A stretch of DNA of 64,000 bases from Eledone cirrhosa (lineage: Eukaryota), in assembly GCA_964016885.1 (NCBI GenBank), contig OZ024743.1, forward strand, positions 292,144,001 to 292,208,000, written 5' to 3'. Shown here one piece after another: positions 35,231-49,701 of this stretch. Position 1 is the stretch's first letter; every line of letters starts with the position of its first letter. The position numbers and the translations under genes were made by a program. Below the pieces are notes generated by a model, which had not been told where the DNA came from, searched no databases, and saw only the letters and a list, made by a program, of their open reading frames with translations.

Positions 35231-38109
35231 ATAACAACAACAACAATAATAACGGTAGTAGTAATATAAACAATAACTCTGGGTATAGAAATAATAGCCA
35301 TAACCATAACAATGGCAGGAAAGTGAGAAATAGTGATAATGGCAATAATACTAGCGATAGACGGAACAACAACAACCACAATAATAATAATAATAGAAAC
35401 GTTAACCACAGACACAGCAACAGTGACCACAGTAGTAATAACGGTAACAATACGAACAACAACAACAATAACCACAGTGGTAATAATGGAAATAGTACAT
35501 GTAGCAACATCAACAAAAACAAGAAACATAATAATAGTAACAACCACAATGGTAGAAATAGCAGTAACAACAACAACAATAACGGTGAAGTAAACAACAA
35601 TACATCTAGCAATCATAACAATAATAATATGAAAGCTAATGATAGAAACAACAACAACCACCATGATAACAATAATAGCAACACACACAACTATGACGAT
35701 AGAAATAACGACAACCCCTTAGAGAAACTATTTTTCAACCCAGCTGACAAAACATATAAGATGGGTAATATCTATCTTACGAGGTTACCCTTTAATAAAA
35801 GAGTTTGCATACCACAGCAAATAGATGACGAGACGGAGGCACAGTTCACCATAGCTAGAAATAAGATTAGACAAGTAGTAGACAGGTACACTATGAGACA
35901 GAGCAGACCAGAGGCCCAACAACTTGGGATAAAACCTGTAGAAGGCTTGGTTAGCCTCAAGCAGCGCACAAGGGATGGTGAGGTAGTGTATCTACCCACA
36001 GATAAGTCTGGTAGGATGTCAATAGATAGCATGCCGAACTACATCGAGGCAATGCAACCCCACATCACCAACACGAGCGAAGTTGCACAACTAACACACG
36101 ATGGGAGAGATGATGTGGAATGATGTGGAATGACATCCTAAAGCCAAGCAGACGCACTGCCAACAACTTCCAGGCGTCTAATAATGGCATACCACCCTTG
36201 TATGGGCTCCGCAAAGACCACAAGACAGTCGACGACCCGACAACAGGACCACCAACAAGACCCGTATGCGGAGCTAATATAGCTAGCAACTACAGGATCT
36301 CCTACTTCCTCTCAATGGTTATACGCCCCATAATCAAGATGTCCCCAGATGTATGTGAAAGTACAGAGGACCTCCTCAGCAGAATCAGTGAGTGCAACAA
36401 AAACAGGAGCCTATCCAACTCCATAATAGGCAGCGTGGATGTGGTGTCACTGTACCCATCCATTAACATTGATTTTGCTGTGAAAAGATGTGTGGAAATG
36501 ATCATTGAGAGTGAGGTGGAGCTCTGCGACGTCGACACATACGAACTGGGCCTCCTACTTAGACTTACCTACGACACTGACTACCTAGACAGCCATGACC
36601 TTAGATGTTTCTGCCCTAGTAGACCTATAAGAGGTAGACCCCCCCACCATAACCTCAATGGCTAAAAAGACTCCCATAGGAAGGTGGATTGGGTGGACCA
36701 AAGCTATACGGACCCCCCAAAACACTGATCAGGTAAGAAAAATGGTCGCACATGCAATAGGGGCTAGTATCAAAACTACCCTAAAGGGCCACATATTTAA
36801 GTTCAATGAGAAAATCTACACCCAAAATGAGGGAGCAACCATCGGCGTCAGCATAGCTGGTGATGTTGCCAACCTTTTCATGGTATGGTGGGAAAGGAGA
36901 CTTAAAGATCTCCTTAATGAAAGCTCCATAGACCTCATCATGTACTCTCGTTATGTAGACGATATCAATATAGTTATAAGAACACCCCCACTAGAGAGCA
37001 CTAACAAGTTTGATTTAGAACGTAGCACGATGGAAAGCATCCAGCAGATAGCTAATTCCATACACCAGAGTATAACTGTAACTATAGACTTCCCTTCCAA
37101 ACACCCTAACAATAGACTACCTGTATTAGACACAGAACTCTGGATTAACACTATAGACGAGAGAGCCCAAATTCTCCACTCACACTATGCTAAACCCATG
37201 GCCTCCAAATACCTGATACTCAAAAACTCAGCAATGTCCAGTAGTGCTAAGTTTAATATTCTGATCGCAGATTTGGTACGAGTGATGAAAAATGTGTCCA
37301 GCATGTGCGACCCAACAGAAATGGAAGGACACATCCAACACTTCATCAACCGCATGCAGTTCTCTGGCTACAACCAAAGAGACAGAGTCAGAGTATACGA
37401 AGGAGCCATGGAAAAGTATAAGACCCTCATAGAACTGGACATGAAAGGAATTTGCCCACTATACAGGAGCAAATCATGGAATAGCTTAGATAGGGCTAGA
37501 CATAAGATAGGGAAGGCCACATCATGGTACGACAACCAGATATATCAGAGTGTCATGTTTGTGGACGCCACCCCTGGAGAGAAATTAGCTAACCAGTGTA
37601 GAAAGGCCCTGAGAAAGACCCACTTAAAAATAAAGGTGGTAGAAAAGCCAGGAACCACCATAAAATCCCTGATCAGCAAAACCTACCCTTTTAAGAAAAC
37701 CCACTGTACCAATAGGAAATGTATCATATGTAAGGTGAACCCCCGGATAAACTGTAACACTAGAAACGTAGTCTATAGCATAAGATGTACAGAGGGTACT
37801 TGCAGAAACATGACAACAACATACATAGGTGAGACAGCTCGTAGCATAGGTGAAAGGATAGACCAACACTGGGGGGAACTAAAAGGACGAAAAAACGGGT
37901 CAGTACTATACGAACATGCTAGACAACAACATGACGGTAACATAGACGACATAGAAATTAGAATAATATCTAAACATAGGAATGACCCAGCAGATAGGCA
38001 AATCAGAGAGGCCAGTGAAATAGAAATTAGAAGACCAAAGCTAAACAGAAAGAATGAGTGGAACAACAACAACACCCAAACAAACAACACTCACCTAAGA
38101 GAAGTATAA
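35231..38109 (+). pseudogene. Penelope-like RT + GIY-YIG with Asn-rich N-terminal region, two frameshifts
   Basis: Motifs LPTDKSG, LYGLRKDHK, RPVCGA, GSVDVVSLYPSI, QNEGATIG, YSRYVDD, LPVLD, CTNRKCIIC, NVVYSIRC, YIGETARSIGERIDQH. One frameshift is a 10-bp duplication (TGATGTGGAA x2, 36111-36130); the other is near a C-run at ~36640-36660. Confidence 0.92.
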
Positions 38110-38382
38110 ATAAGTAAATAAAATAAAATAAGATAAATAAATACATACACAAGCACAATAACAACAAGCACATAAACACACACTAGTCACCCAGCAGACA
38201 CAACACTATACACACTAGTCACACATCACACATAACACTATACACACACGCAAACGCATGCGCAAAGAAGACAAAATAAAATAAGATAAACAAACAAGCA
38301 AATAAATAAATAAATATATAGACAGACTGAACAAAAAAAATGGCGTAGACATACAACACAACAGGAGGAACAATGAATATAA

Positions 38383-38420
38383 CACCACTGACGATGTTGC
38401 AGATGTGCAACGAAAGATTT
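38383..38420 (+). ncRNA. hammerhead-like motif in PLE 3' region
   Basis: CTGACGA-t-gttgca-gatg-tgcaac-GAAA has a perfect core and stem II. Stems I and III are not clearly resolved. Confidence 0.5.
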
Positions 38421-39055
38421 ATGTAAATTATGTAAACTATATATATGTGTTTGTGTCTATATTGTATCTGTATTATTTTTGACCGCCGGTCAGTCAATGG
38501 CAACATTGAGGACCGAGTAAGTTAGATCGCAGATATAAAAGACAGCGAGAAGCGAAAACCAACCAAACAGTGAGTGTGTTCTGTTATTAATTCTGGCAAT
38601 ATTACGCAAATATGACCCTCCCCAAGTATAACAATATCTGTATCGACACACGATTTCATATAAAAAAAATTGTGTATTTGCCCCAACAAAACAAAAAGAA
38701 TAGAAGCTTTTCTCAGCTATGACCACCGATGCGCATGCAAGATGTGTTAACCTTGATTAGATCAAGTGTATATATGTATAGATATAAGTATGATTGAAAA
38801 GATCTCAGTAATCCCAATATCAACATGAGTCTTGATATAGTGACTTGAATATTTTAGTAGAGCGACACAGGATACCATACATCTGTAAGATCATTCAACA
38901 TCTGCAACATCATTGAAAAAGCTTACTGAACGCACATGCTGAAACCGCTTGGTGCCGCGGTAGGGATTATACATATTGCTTTACCCCTTCGCATCACCTC
39001 TTGCAGTAAGGTGAGTACTCCCATGATTAGTGATCTCCTCCGTCTCAGCACAACA

Positions 39056-39228
<173 letters not shown>

Positions 39229-42068
39229 GGTAAACAAAGTCATCCCATACCTTGAGGCGAGGAGCCTTCACCAGTGCAACAATATCCTCAAAGCAACAGC
39301 AAATACGGTGAGGAAACTACTTGGTATAAAAGCGAGAGGAAACAACAGACAAGAAAGAGCAGAGCCGTGGTGGAAGAAGCGACTGAGTGGGCAAATCGGG
39401 GAAATGAGAAATGACATAGGAAAGCTTGAGTCACTACTGAATGGGACACTAAAAAACATAGGCACTAAAAATAGACTGAAAATAAAATACAAAACTAGGA
39501 GTTAAAAGCTAAATATTATCATAGAGGAATTGAAGCAACGCATTGTAGCAAAGAGTGCAAAAATCAGGCGATACGAGAACAGGGTTAGTCAGTATAAACA
39601 GAACCGCATGTTCGACAACAACCAGAAGATGCTGTTTGGACAGCTTGAGGGGAAAGAAAGAGGCAACGACTTGATCCCTGGGGCGGAACAAACTAAAACA
39701 TTCTGGAGAGGAATATGGGAGCAGGATGTTAGACACAATGCCCAGGCAGGGTGGATTGAGACAGTACAGAGGGAGATCGGTGAGCAGGCACAGCAACAAA
39801 CTGATTTGAGTATCACAGTTGAAACTCTTAAGGGGCAGGCCAAAAAACTAACCAACTGGAAATCACCAGGCCCAGATGGTGTGCAGGGGTATTGGATTAA
39901 ACATTTAACATCCCTCCACCCGAAGCTGACGGCCATGTTCAATGACTACTTGGTGTCGGGTGAGGTGCCAGAGTGGTTGACAAAAGGTACCACAGTTCTG
40001 ATAATGAAAGACCGTATCAAGGGTAATGATGTTACCAACTATAGACCTATCATATGTCTGTCCGTAATGTGGAAACTGTTGACGAGCATTGTGTCTGAGG
40101 AAATCTACCATCACCTCCACACAAACAACTTGTTGCCGGACGAACAGAAAGGATGCCGAAAGAAGTCACGTGGTACAAAGGACCAGTTACTTATTGATAA
40201 GATGGTAATGGGGAATTGCAGGAGGAGACACACTGATCTTGCCATGGGATGGATAGACTACAGAAAGGCATTTGACATGGTGCCTCATTCCTGGATCACC
40301 AAAAGCCTGGAGATCTTCAGGGTGGCAGATAACATCAGACAGTTGCTAGGCAGGAGTATGGGGTCCTGGGAGACAGAGTTGACATCAACTGGAGTATCCT
40401 TGGGAAGCGTGAAGATCAAGAGAGGTATCTTCCAGGGAGATAGCCTGTCCCCTCTGTTGTTTGTCCTTGCCCTGATGCCCTTGACCATTATGCTGCGAAA
40501 AGTGAGAGCAGGATACAAGTTGGGAAGGGGAGAGCTTACCATCAATCACCTCCTCTTCATGGACGATCTTAAGCTCTTCGGGAAAAGTGAGAAGGAGTTG
40601 GATGTGCTTGTTGAGACTGTCCGTATTTTCAGCAGTGATATATGTATGCAGTTTGGTATTAGTAAATGTGGAGTCATTGTGATGAAGAGGGGTAGGTTGA
40701 GCAGAAGTAACGGGATCCATATACCAACAGGTGAGATGATAAAGGAAATTGACTCTGAGGAAGGATACACGTATTTGGGCGTTCTGGAGGCTGATGGCAT
40801 AAAGAACAAAAAAATGAAGGAATTGTTAAGAACTGAATACATTCGGAGAGTAAGGAGCGTATTGAAGTCACATCTGAACAGCAGAAATGCCTTAAGCGCA
40901 GTAAATTCCCGAGCTGTGTCTATTATTAGGTACAGTGCGGGAATTCTGAGATGGAATGTTGCTGAACAAAAAGAAATGGATAGGAAGACTAGGAAGCTAT
41001 TGACTATATACAACATGTTCCACAAGAGGAGTGATGTCGATAGACTCTACCTAAGGAGATCTGAGGGTGGAAGAGGTCTTATCAGCATAGAGGACTGTGT
41101 TCAGATGGAGAAAAACAACCTATACAAATACGTGACCTATAGTAAGGAGCCAATGCTCAGAACTGTACTGAAGGAGGGGACAGTATGCCAGGGGATGTCC
41201 AAGGAGGAAATAACATCAAGGAGGAAGAGCAGCCTTAAGGGAAAATCCCTTCATAGTACCTTCTTTGAGAAAACTGAATTTAGAGATCCACAGACATGGA
41301 ACTGGTTGAGAAGAGGAGACCTCAAAAAGGCTACAGAAGGAATGCTAATGGCTGCGCAGGAGCAGGCCCTCAAAACGAAGTGGTTGAAGCACCATATCTA
41401 CAGGAGGAGGCTAGCCCACTGTGCAGGATTTGTGGAGAGAGAGAGGAGACTGTGGCTCACATTGTGTCCGAGTGTAAACACCTAGCCCAGACCCACTATA
41501 AGGGCTGGAGACACGATGTGATGGGCAGGGTGATCCACTGGCACCTGTGCAAAGTAAACAATTTACCACATTCTGAGAAATGGTATGAGCATAGGCCAGA
41601 GGCGGTGATGGAGAACAATCAGGTGAAGGTGCTGAGGGATTTTAGGATACAGACGGACAAAAAATTGGAACACAATAGACCTGACCTGGTGGTTGTGGAC
41701 AAAGAAAAAAGATCGTGCCTGATTGTGGATGTGGCCTGCCCGTTCGACACGAGAGTGCAAGAGAAGGAGAGGGAGAAAATTAACCGATACCAGGACCTAA
41801 AGTGGGAGGTGAAAAGGATTTGGAACTGCCATGAAGTCAAAGTGATCCCGATTGTCATAGGCGCACTGGGGACTATCTCCAAAAGTTTCCAGGGATGGTT
41901 AAAGAAAATCGGCCCCTTCACGCTTTTTGGAACGCTTCAAAAGGCATGCTTGCTTGGAACAGCAAGAACCCTCCGATACGTCCTGAATATCTGAGGCTGC
42001 AGGTAGTGGCTTGATATTCAATCCAACGGACTTTCCAGTTAACCAACATCAATGACTGAGATTCAAGG
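39229..42068 (+). mobile_element. R4/Dong-type non-LTR retrotransposon (RT + CCHC + REL endonuclease), 5'-truncated
   Basis: Motifs WKSPGPDG, NYRPI, DYRKAFD, GIFQGDSLSPLLF, FMDDLK, CRIC...HIVSEC, RHD, RPDL...DVACP, PIVIGALG. In-frame TAA at 39503 and a frameshift near 41400. (TAA)n on both sides. Confidence 0.92.
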
Positions 42069-42105
42069 AATAACAATAACAATAATAATAATAATAATAA
42101 TAAAT

Positions 42106-45100
42106 TAATAATTTAATTCTTAAGCCACGCAATGCTCACATTAAGGAACCAATCATGATAATAACAATTTTAAAAAAAACAACAAAAAGAAAACCCCGTG
42201 GCCAAGAAATACCGGGATGGCGGCCGGCGGGGAATAGCCATGTCTCTAGAGGAGAACGACCCCTCTAGTCTTGGTTGACACTCGTTCTAGAGGTGGTAAC
42301 ACGAAATTATTACCCCTTGGCGGATAAGGATAAAACGCGACAAAATAAAGTAGATGTCTAATGATGAAATCTCATACCGGATCGGCCGTCACCCGGGTAA
42401 AAAAGGGCCGCGTCCCTCAGAGAGGAACCAGACTGGGGTCGAAAAATCAGCTAATGGTTCAAACCTTCCCATCACTTCGGAGCTGGGGACCTCCCATAAC
42501 CGGAATACTCCTACTGTTGGCCCTGCATGCTCACCACCAAGAAATCCAAAGAAAAAGAGAGAAAAATGGTCAAGGGAAGATAATAAAGAAGTCCTTGAGG
42601 CTTTCTACACTGCCATGTACTACCCATCAAATACATCGAATACAGAACAAACATATATCAACTGGAAAAAGAAACATCCCGAAAACAGAGGCTATATTGA
42701 CAGTAACAAACTAGCCAATATACGAAGAAATATTGTAAGAAAAAAGTTACTAACTGATATAGAAATTGATCAGATCAAGCTAGTAGCACAAAGTCAGGGA
42801 AGGGAAAATGAAGCATGTGTCAGTGAAAACGAGGTAAACTGTAACACCTCGAATCCCAGGGTCGGGGCGGAATCACTGGCAACAGAACAAATTAAAGAAA
42901 GGAGCGAAAAAGTGGAGGGAGTGCATGCTCAGGATGAAACTCCAAATGAAAATAATGAGATCGTAAATGATAAAGAAATGAATGAGAATGAACTTGCCAA
43001 CTTGAAGGATGAAATTATGATCGAATGGATGAAAATGAAAGAATCTGACATGGGGGAACGAGACACCCTCCCTAAGATCCATAACTCCAAACAGAACCAA
43101 AAGATAATACACAAGACTAACATAATTCTCAAAAACATTATCATCACAAACAAACTAAACATTACTGACTTAAATCATCTCTATTATGCATCGGCTAAAG
43201 TCACCACTCACTTATGTGGAGTGAAGATGAAAAGTCAAAGGAATTCCCACAAGAAATCTACTTGGCAAGATAACATCAATCGCCAAATAAACCTTCTCCG
43301 ATCTGACATAGAAATTTTAACAAACTATAAAGTAGGTGAACATGTTAAACAAACTAAACTTAGAAAATTGAAATAAAAGTACAGTATAAGATCAACATGT
43401 GACATAGACATGCTGATAGAAACAATCAAGCAAAAAGTGTCGGCCAAAGCTGCTCGTATAAGGCGCTTTGAAAAACGATCTAGATTCTATAAGGACAATA
43501 ATATGTTTAAAAACAACCAAAGAAAGTTCTACAGAAAAATTGGTAAGTCAACAATAACTGCTAAATCAATACCACCCAAGGAGGAAGTGCAAGAATTCTG
43601 GGAAAAGATCTGGGCCGAAGAAAAAGTTCATAACATACGTGCCCCATGGATAGACAGACAAATGAAAGAAACAGCTCACCTCGAAGAACAAACATGGGAA
43701 AATATAACAGTTGAACAGCTGCGCTTGGCTCTAAGAAAAACCAGCAAATGGAAATCCCCAGGAAAAGACAAAATACAAAACTTTTGGATAAATGCCTTCA
43801 CAGAGTCTCATGAGCTGTTAGCCCAACTTTACAATGAAATAGTTAAGGAGCCAGAAAAGATACCATCATGGCTATTTAACGGCATTACATTCCTGCTACC
43901 GAAGAATGATGAGACAAACAATCCCAAAAATTACAGACCGATAACCTGCTTGACCACAATGTATAAAATTTTAACATCAGTCCTAACTGAATACACATAT
44001 GACCACCTGATAACAAATGACCTATTTCCCATTGAGCAGAAAGGGTGTAAACGAGGCTCATATGGCTGTAAGGATCAGCTTCTGGTTAACAAAATGATAC
44101 TGGAAGATTGTCATAATAGACACAAAAATCTATCGATTGCTTGGATAGATTATAAAAAAGCATTTGATAGTTTGCCACACAGTTGGATTGAAAAATGTTT
44201 AGAGATTTTCAAAATATCCCCCGTTGTCAGGAGGTTTTTGTCATTCAGTATGAGGACATGTAGAACGACACTCCTTTTGAATAGTGAAACAAAATCACTG
44301 GAAGCTGGAGAAGTTAACATTAATTGTGGAATTTTTCAGGGTGACTCTTTATCACCGCTTTTATTCTGCATCGCACTTATACCATTAAGTAAAATGCTCA
44401 ATGAAACAAAACATGGATATAGAGTCTATGACAAAACCATTAATCACCTGTTCTACATGGATGACCTGAAACTATTTGCAAAAAATGATGAACAATTGCA
44501 AGGGCTATTATCCACTGTGAAGCAGTTCAGTGATGACATTAAAATGGAGTTTGGACTGGATAAATGCGCCAAAGCAACGTTCACCAGAGGAAAGCTGCTG
44601 AAGAGTTCAGACATTAATCTTGATCGGGGGAACGTGATAAGAGAGCTTGATCAAGAACAAACTTACAAATATCTAGGTGTTTGTGAAGGAGACGGAATCA
44701 AGCACTCGACAATGAGGGAAAGGATAAGGAAGGAATGTTACCGCAGAGTCAGAGCAATCTTAAGAACGGAATTGAATGCAAGGAATAGGATCGATGCCAT
44801 AGACACGCTTGCCATACCAGTAGTAACCTACAGTTACAATGTCATCAACTGGTCAAGCACAGAGATCCGTAGGCTCGATACAAAAATCCGAAAATTCTTA
44901 ACCATGCACAGAATGCATCACCCGAAGGCAGACATAGATAGAATATATCTCCCTAGGAAAGAAGGAGGACGTGGGTTAATCCAGTTAGACATTGCGTTGA
45001 AAACTGCAACAATTGGATTATCCACATATCTAAGGGAATCACATGATTGGATGATCAAACTCGTTTTGAAACACGAAAGCACCAAAAGATCATATTCCAT

Positions 45101-46147
45101 TACAAAAGATGCACAAAGATACAGTAATGGACTACAAATTTCAGAAGTCCCATTTACTGCTGAAATGGAAAACACAGAAAAAGCAAAGCAGGTAAAAGTA
45201 ACTGCAAAGAAAGAACTGCTACAGAAACTGGCTAAGAAATGGCAAGAAAAGCCTCTGTATGGAAAATACCCAGAGCGAGCTAACAATCCTGATGTTGACA
45301 AAACTTTAACCCATCAGTGGTTGGCATCCTCTGGACTGAAATCGGAGACTGAAGGACTGATTATATCCGCACAAGATCAGTGTCTGCCAACAAAAAATTA
45401 CCAAGCCAACATAATAAAAAATGGGTGCAGCCCATTATGCCGTGTATGCAAAAAACAACCAGAGACCATTGACCATATAATTTCAATGTGCAGTCCTATA
45501 GCTCCAACCGAATACCTAAACAGGCATGACAGAGCTGCACAATACATACATTGGATAATGTGTAAGCATTTGACCTGCCCCATCAAAAGAATTGGTGGGA
45601 GCATCAACCACCTCCCATACTTGAAAAAGATCACATCTCAATCTTGTGGAACTTTAGCATCCAAGCAGACCGAAAAATAGATGCAAATAGACCTGATATA
45701 ATACTGAAGGACTTTAAAAAGAGGGTATGCCTGCTAATTGATATGTCTGTTCCAATAGACAAGAATGTATCTATTAAAACATTTGAAAAATTGAGCAAGT
45801 ATAAGGACCTGGAGATAGAAATTGGAAAAATGTGGGAATTGAGAACTAAAACAATACCAGTGGTTGTAGGCGCTCTGGGAATGATACCTAAGGGGTCTAA
45901 TGATTACTTATCGCAAATCCCAGGAAACCCGCGTATAGGAGAAATACAAAAGATAGTACTAATGGGAACTGCCCATATACTAAGGAAGATTCTGTCAATA
46001 TAAGTACATCACAAGTCTAAACACTAAAGATGCATGTGTGAGTATGTATATTCTTCCTTGAACATGGCGGACCTTGTTGTCTCTTGAGGTCACTGGTTGT
46101 GACTTGGTGATAACTCGTATGAACATAAAGCAAGATAAATGCAACTG
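42106..46147 (+). mobile_element. second R4/Dong-type element, near full length, different family
   Basis: ORF pieces 42354-43376, 43410-45680 and 45644-46003 contain GIFQGDSLSPLLF, YMDDLK, CRVC...HIISMC, RHD, RPDI...DMSVP and PVVVGALG. One in-frame TAA and one frameshift. (TAA)n on both sides. Confidence 0.92.
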
Positions 46148-46168
46148 TAATAATAATAATAATAATAA

Positions 46169-46500
46169 TTTCTTTATTAACCTCAAAGGTTTACATAAAG
46201 TAGACATTAAGGACAGTACAGGACAATACAGGACGGTACAAATGGGCATTTCTACGTGTAAAGAAGAAAAGCAGAGGATGTAACAAAAAAAACAATGAAA
46301 ATTTCCTCAATAAGGCGGGAGACTTCCGAGGGACATTGGTGGAGAAAGCTCATTAAAAAAGCCACAGTGACCCTGACCACCAAGGCAAGTGCCCTCTCCC
46401 AGTTTTCCACCTTCAATTGACAGACACATACTCAGAGTATTCACTCGGGCCATTCTTGCCATAGATAGTATGCCAGTTGAGCCCTCTATGCTCCTTCGGA
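46169..46500 (-). mobile_element. possible 3' fragment of another LINE
   Basis: The minus strand has a short ORF end (SMARMARVNTLSMCLS), a UTR, and AATAAA directly before the (TTA)n tract. Family not established. Confidence 0.3.
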
Positions 46501-46877
46501 GCACCTACCTAACTACCTACCCTGCTAACCCCCCACCCATCTACCACCTCCCAACCTACCTACCTACCTGGCGTCTATAGTAACTCATATATTTATATTA
46601 GCTTGTACACGTATCTATGTATTTTATGAGGGAGTATGCGTGTGCGTTGAATTTTCTTTGATACGGATGTGTTGTGGTTTTATATAATTGTAATTTCTAG
46701 CGTTTATAAATAACGTTATCTAAGTATCATGAAAATAACCTATGCAATCTTAAAAATTACAAAATGATGTGTATATATACATACACACACACACGCACAT
46801 ATATACGTGTGTATGTATGTATATATACATATTTATATATATATATATATGTATGTGTATGTATGTATATTATACAT

Positions 46878-46960
<83 letters not shown>

Positions 46961-47699
46961 AGTTTTAATATAGATGAGATTCTACAGGACTAGAACTGTT
47001 TCATTCATTAGAAATCATCAGGAATCTGGGTATCAAAAAATAAATATGGTATTTATAGGTCTCTACAAGTGGTAGGAGAGGGTGGGGAGTGGGATGGGTG
47101 CAGGTCATTGGTTGATAGAAAAGGGAATTCATTAAAAGCTAATTCTACAAAGCTATAGTTTATTTTTATTTATTTATTTATGTTTTTAGAGTAACAAGGG
47201 CAGACAGAATTCTATCGGCATGACCTCCAACAACTTTAAGACCCGTTGGTATGCCCATACCCACTCCTTCAGAAGACCGGATAAATCAAATCAGACAACA
47301 CTCGCCTCCTACCTTTGGGACCTCAAAAGGAACTCCACCCCATTCACGCTTAATTGGAAAATACTCCAGAAAGCGCGCTCTTACACGGAGGACACAAGGG
47401 CTGCGACCTTTGTATTTCAGAGAGCTACGAAATTTTATTCGCCAAGGGCCCGCTACTGAACAAACTCTCTGAACACTGCCCGAACTGCATGCACAAGAAC
47501 TTTGCAACATTCAAACACTTTAAGCCAGTGTTAAAGCCCGATGGCTAAAAACGACCTCCCCCTATTGGCCCCATACCTCCTCCCCACCCTACCCCACCCC
47601 TCCTCAACCTGAAATACGGCCACTATGGTTATGTGAGTACCTCTTTCGTATCTACATTTTCTGCCTGTAGAGGTGTCTTTATGTGCCTCCGTGTATGCG

Positions 47700-47762
47700 T
47701 ATATTTATTGAACACCTATTTACTTGTATGTGTATATATTTGTTTGTATGTGTGTATATGTA

Positions 47763-47824
<62 letters not shown>

Positions 47825-48109
47825 TGTGTGTATATGTGTTTTATGTGTGTATATTTATGTATGTATATGTATGTATATATATGTGTATATATATGTATAT
47901 ATATATATATGTGTATATATGTGTATGTATGTATGTATGTATGTATGTATGTGTATGTATGTATGTATGTTTATGTATTTGTGTGTATGTATATGTATGT
48001 GTATGTGTATGTATATATATATATATATATGTGTGTGTGCGTGAGAGAGAGAGAGTGTATATATATATTTGTGTGTGTGTGTGTGTGTATGTGTGTATGC
48101 GCGTGTGTG

Positions 48110-48164
<55 letters not shown>

Positions 48165-48253
48165 GTGTGTGTATATATGCGTTATATGTCTGTATATATA
48201 TGTGTATATTTATGTATAGGTCTGAGTATGTATGTGTATGTTTGTATATGTAT

Positions 48254-48303
<50 letters not shown>

Positions 48304-48330
48304 ATAGATATTTATACATATGCATGTGTA

Positions 48331-48362
<32 letters not shown>

Positions 48363-48450
48363 TGTGTATATATATGTGTGTGCGTGTATATATATGTGTG
48401 TGTATTTGTATGTATGTGTATATATATATATATATATATGTATATGTATA

Positions 48451-48513
<63 letters not shown>

Positions 48514-48752
48514 ATGTATGTATGTGTATATATATGTGTGTGTGTATGTGTGTGTATATGTGTATATATAATATGTATATGTGTGTGTAAATATATGTAT
48601 GTATATGTGTATATATGTGTGTATATGTGTATATATGTATATATATATATGTATATATATATGTATATATGTATGTACATACGTGTATATATGTGTGTAT
48701 ATATGTGTTTATATGTATGTATGTGTATATGTATGTTTGTATGTGTGTTTGG

Positions 48753-48798
<46 letters not shown>

Positions 48799-48799
48799 G

Positions 48800-48894
<95 letters not shown>

Positions 48895-49113
48895 GTGTGT
48901 GTGTGTATGTATGTATATGTGTGTATATTTTTATATATATGTATATATTTGTGTGTATGTATATATATATATATATATACATATGTATATGTGTATGTGT
49001 GTGTATGTGGGTGTGTGTATATGTATATATGTATATGTGTGGGTGTGTGTATATATGTGTGTATATATATATATATATGTATATGTGTGTGTGTGTATGT
49101 GTGTATATATATG

Positions 49114-49149
<36 letters not shown>

Positions 49150-49203
49150 TGTATGTATGGTGCTTTTTCCTTATATATGTGCATGTATGTGTATGTGTGT
49201 GTA

Positions 49204-49254
<51 letters not shown>

Positions 49255-49303
49255 GTATGTGTATGTATGTGTGTGTGTGTGTTTGTATGTGTATATATTT
49301 GTT

Positions 49304-49356
<53 letters not shown>

Positions 49357-49539
49357 ATGTGTAAGTATGTATATATGTATGTGGTTATATATATGAATGT
49401 GTATATATATATATGTATATGTGTATATATATGTGTGTGTGTGTTTGTGTGTATGTGTGTGTATATGTATATATATATGTGTGTGTATGGGTTTTTTTAT
49501 ATATATATATATATATATACATATGTGTGTGTGCATGTA

Positions 49540-49610
<71 letters not shown>

Positions 49611-49668
49611 GTATATATATATGTATACGTATGTGTGTGTATATATGTATGTGTATGTATGTATGTGT

Positions 49669-49700
<32 letters not shown>
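47700..49700. repeat. ~2-kb compound (TA)n/(TG)n/(TATG)n microsatellite, continuing 53805-54120
   Basis: Directly visible low-complexity RY sequence. Confidence 0.95.

Positions 49701-49701
<1 letters not shown>

Noticed and set aside
35148-35688. Leu/Val/Ile-rich membrane-like ORFs on the minus strand
   Set aside because: Antisense reading of the AAC/AAT-rich tract.
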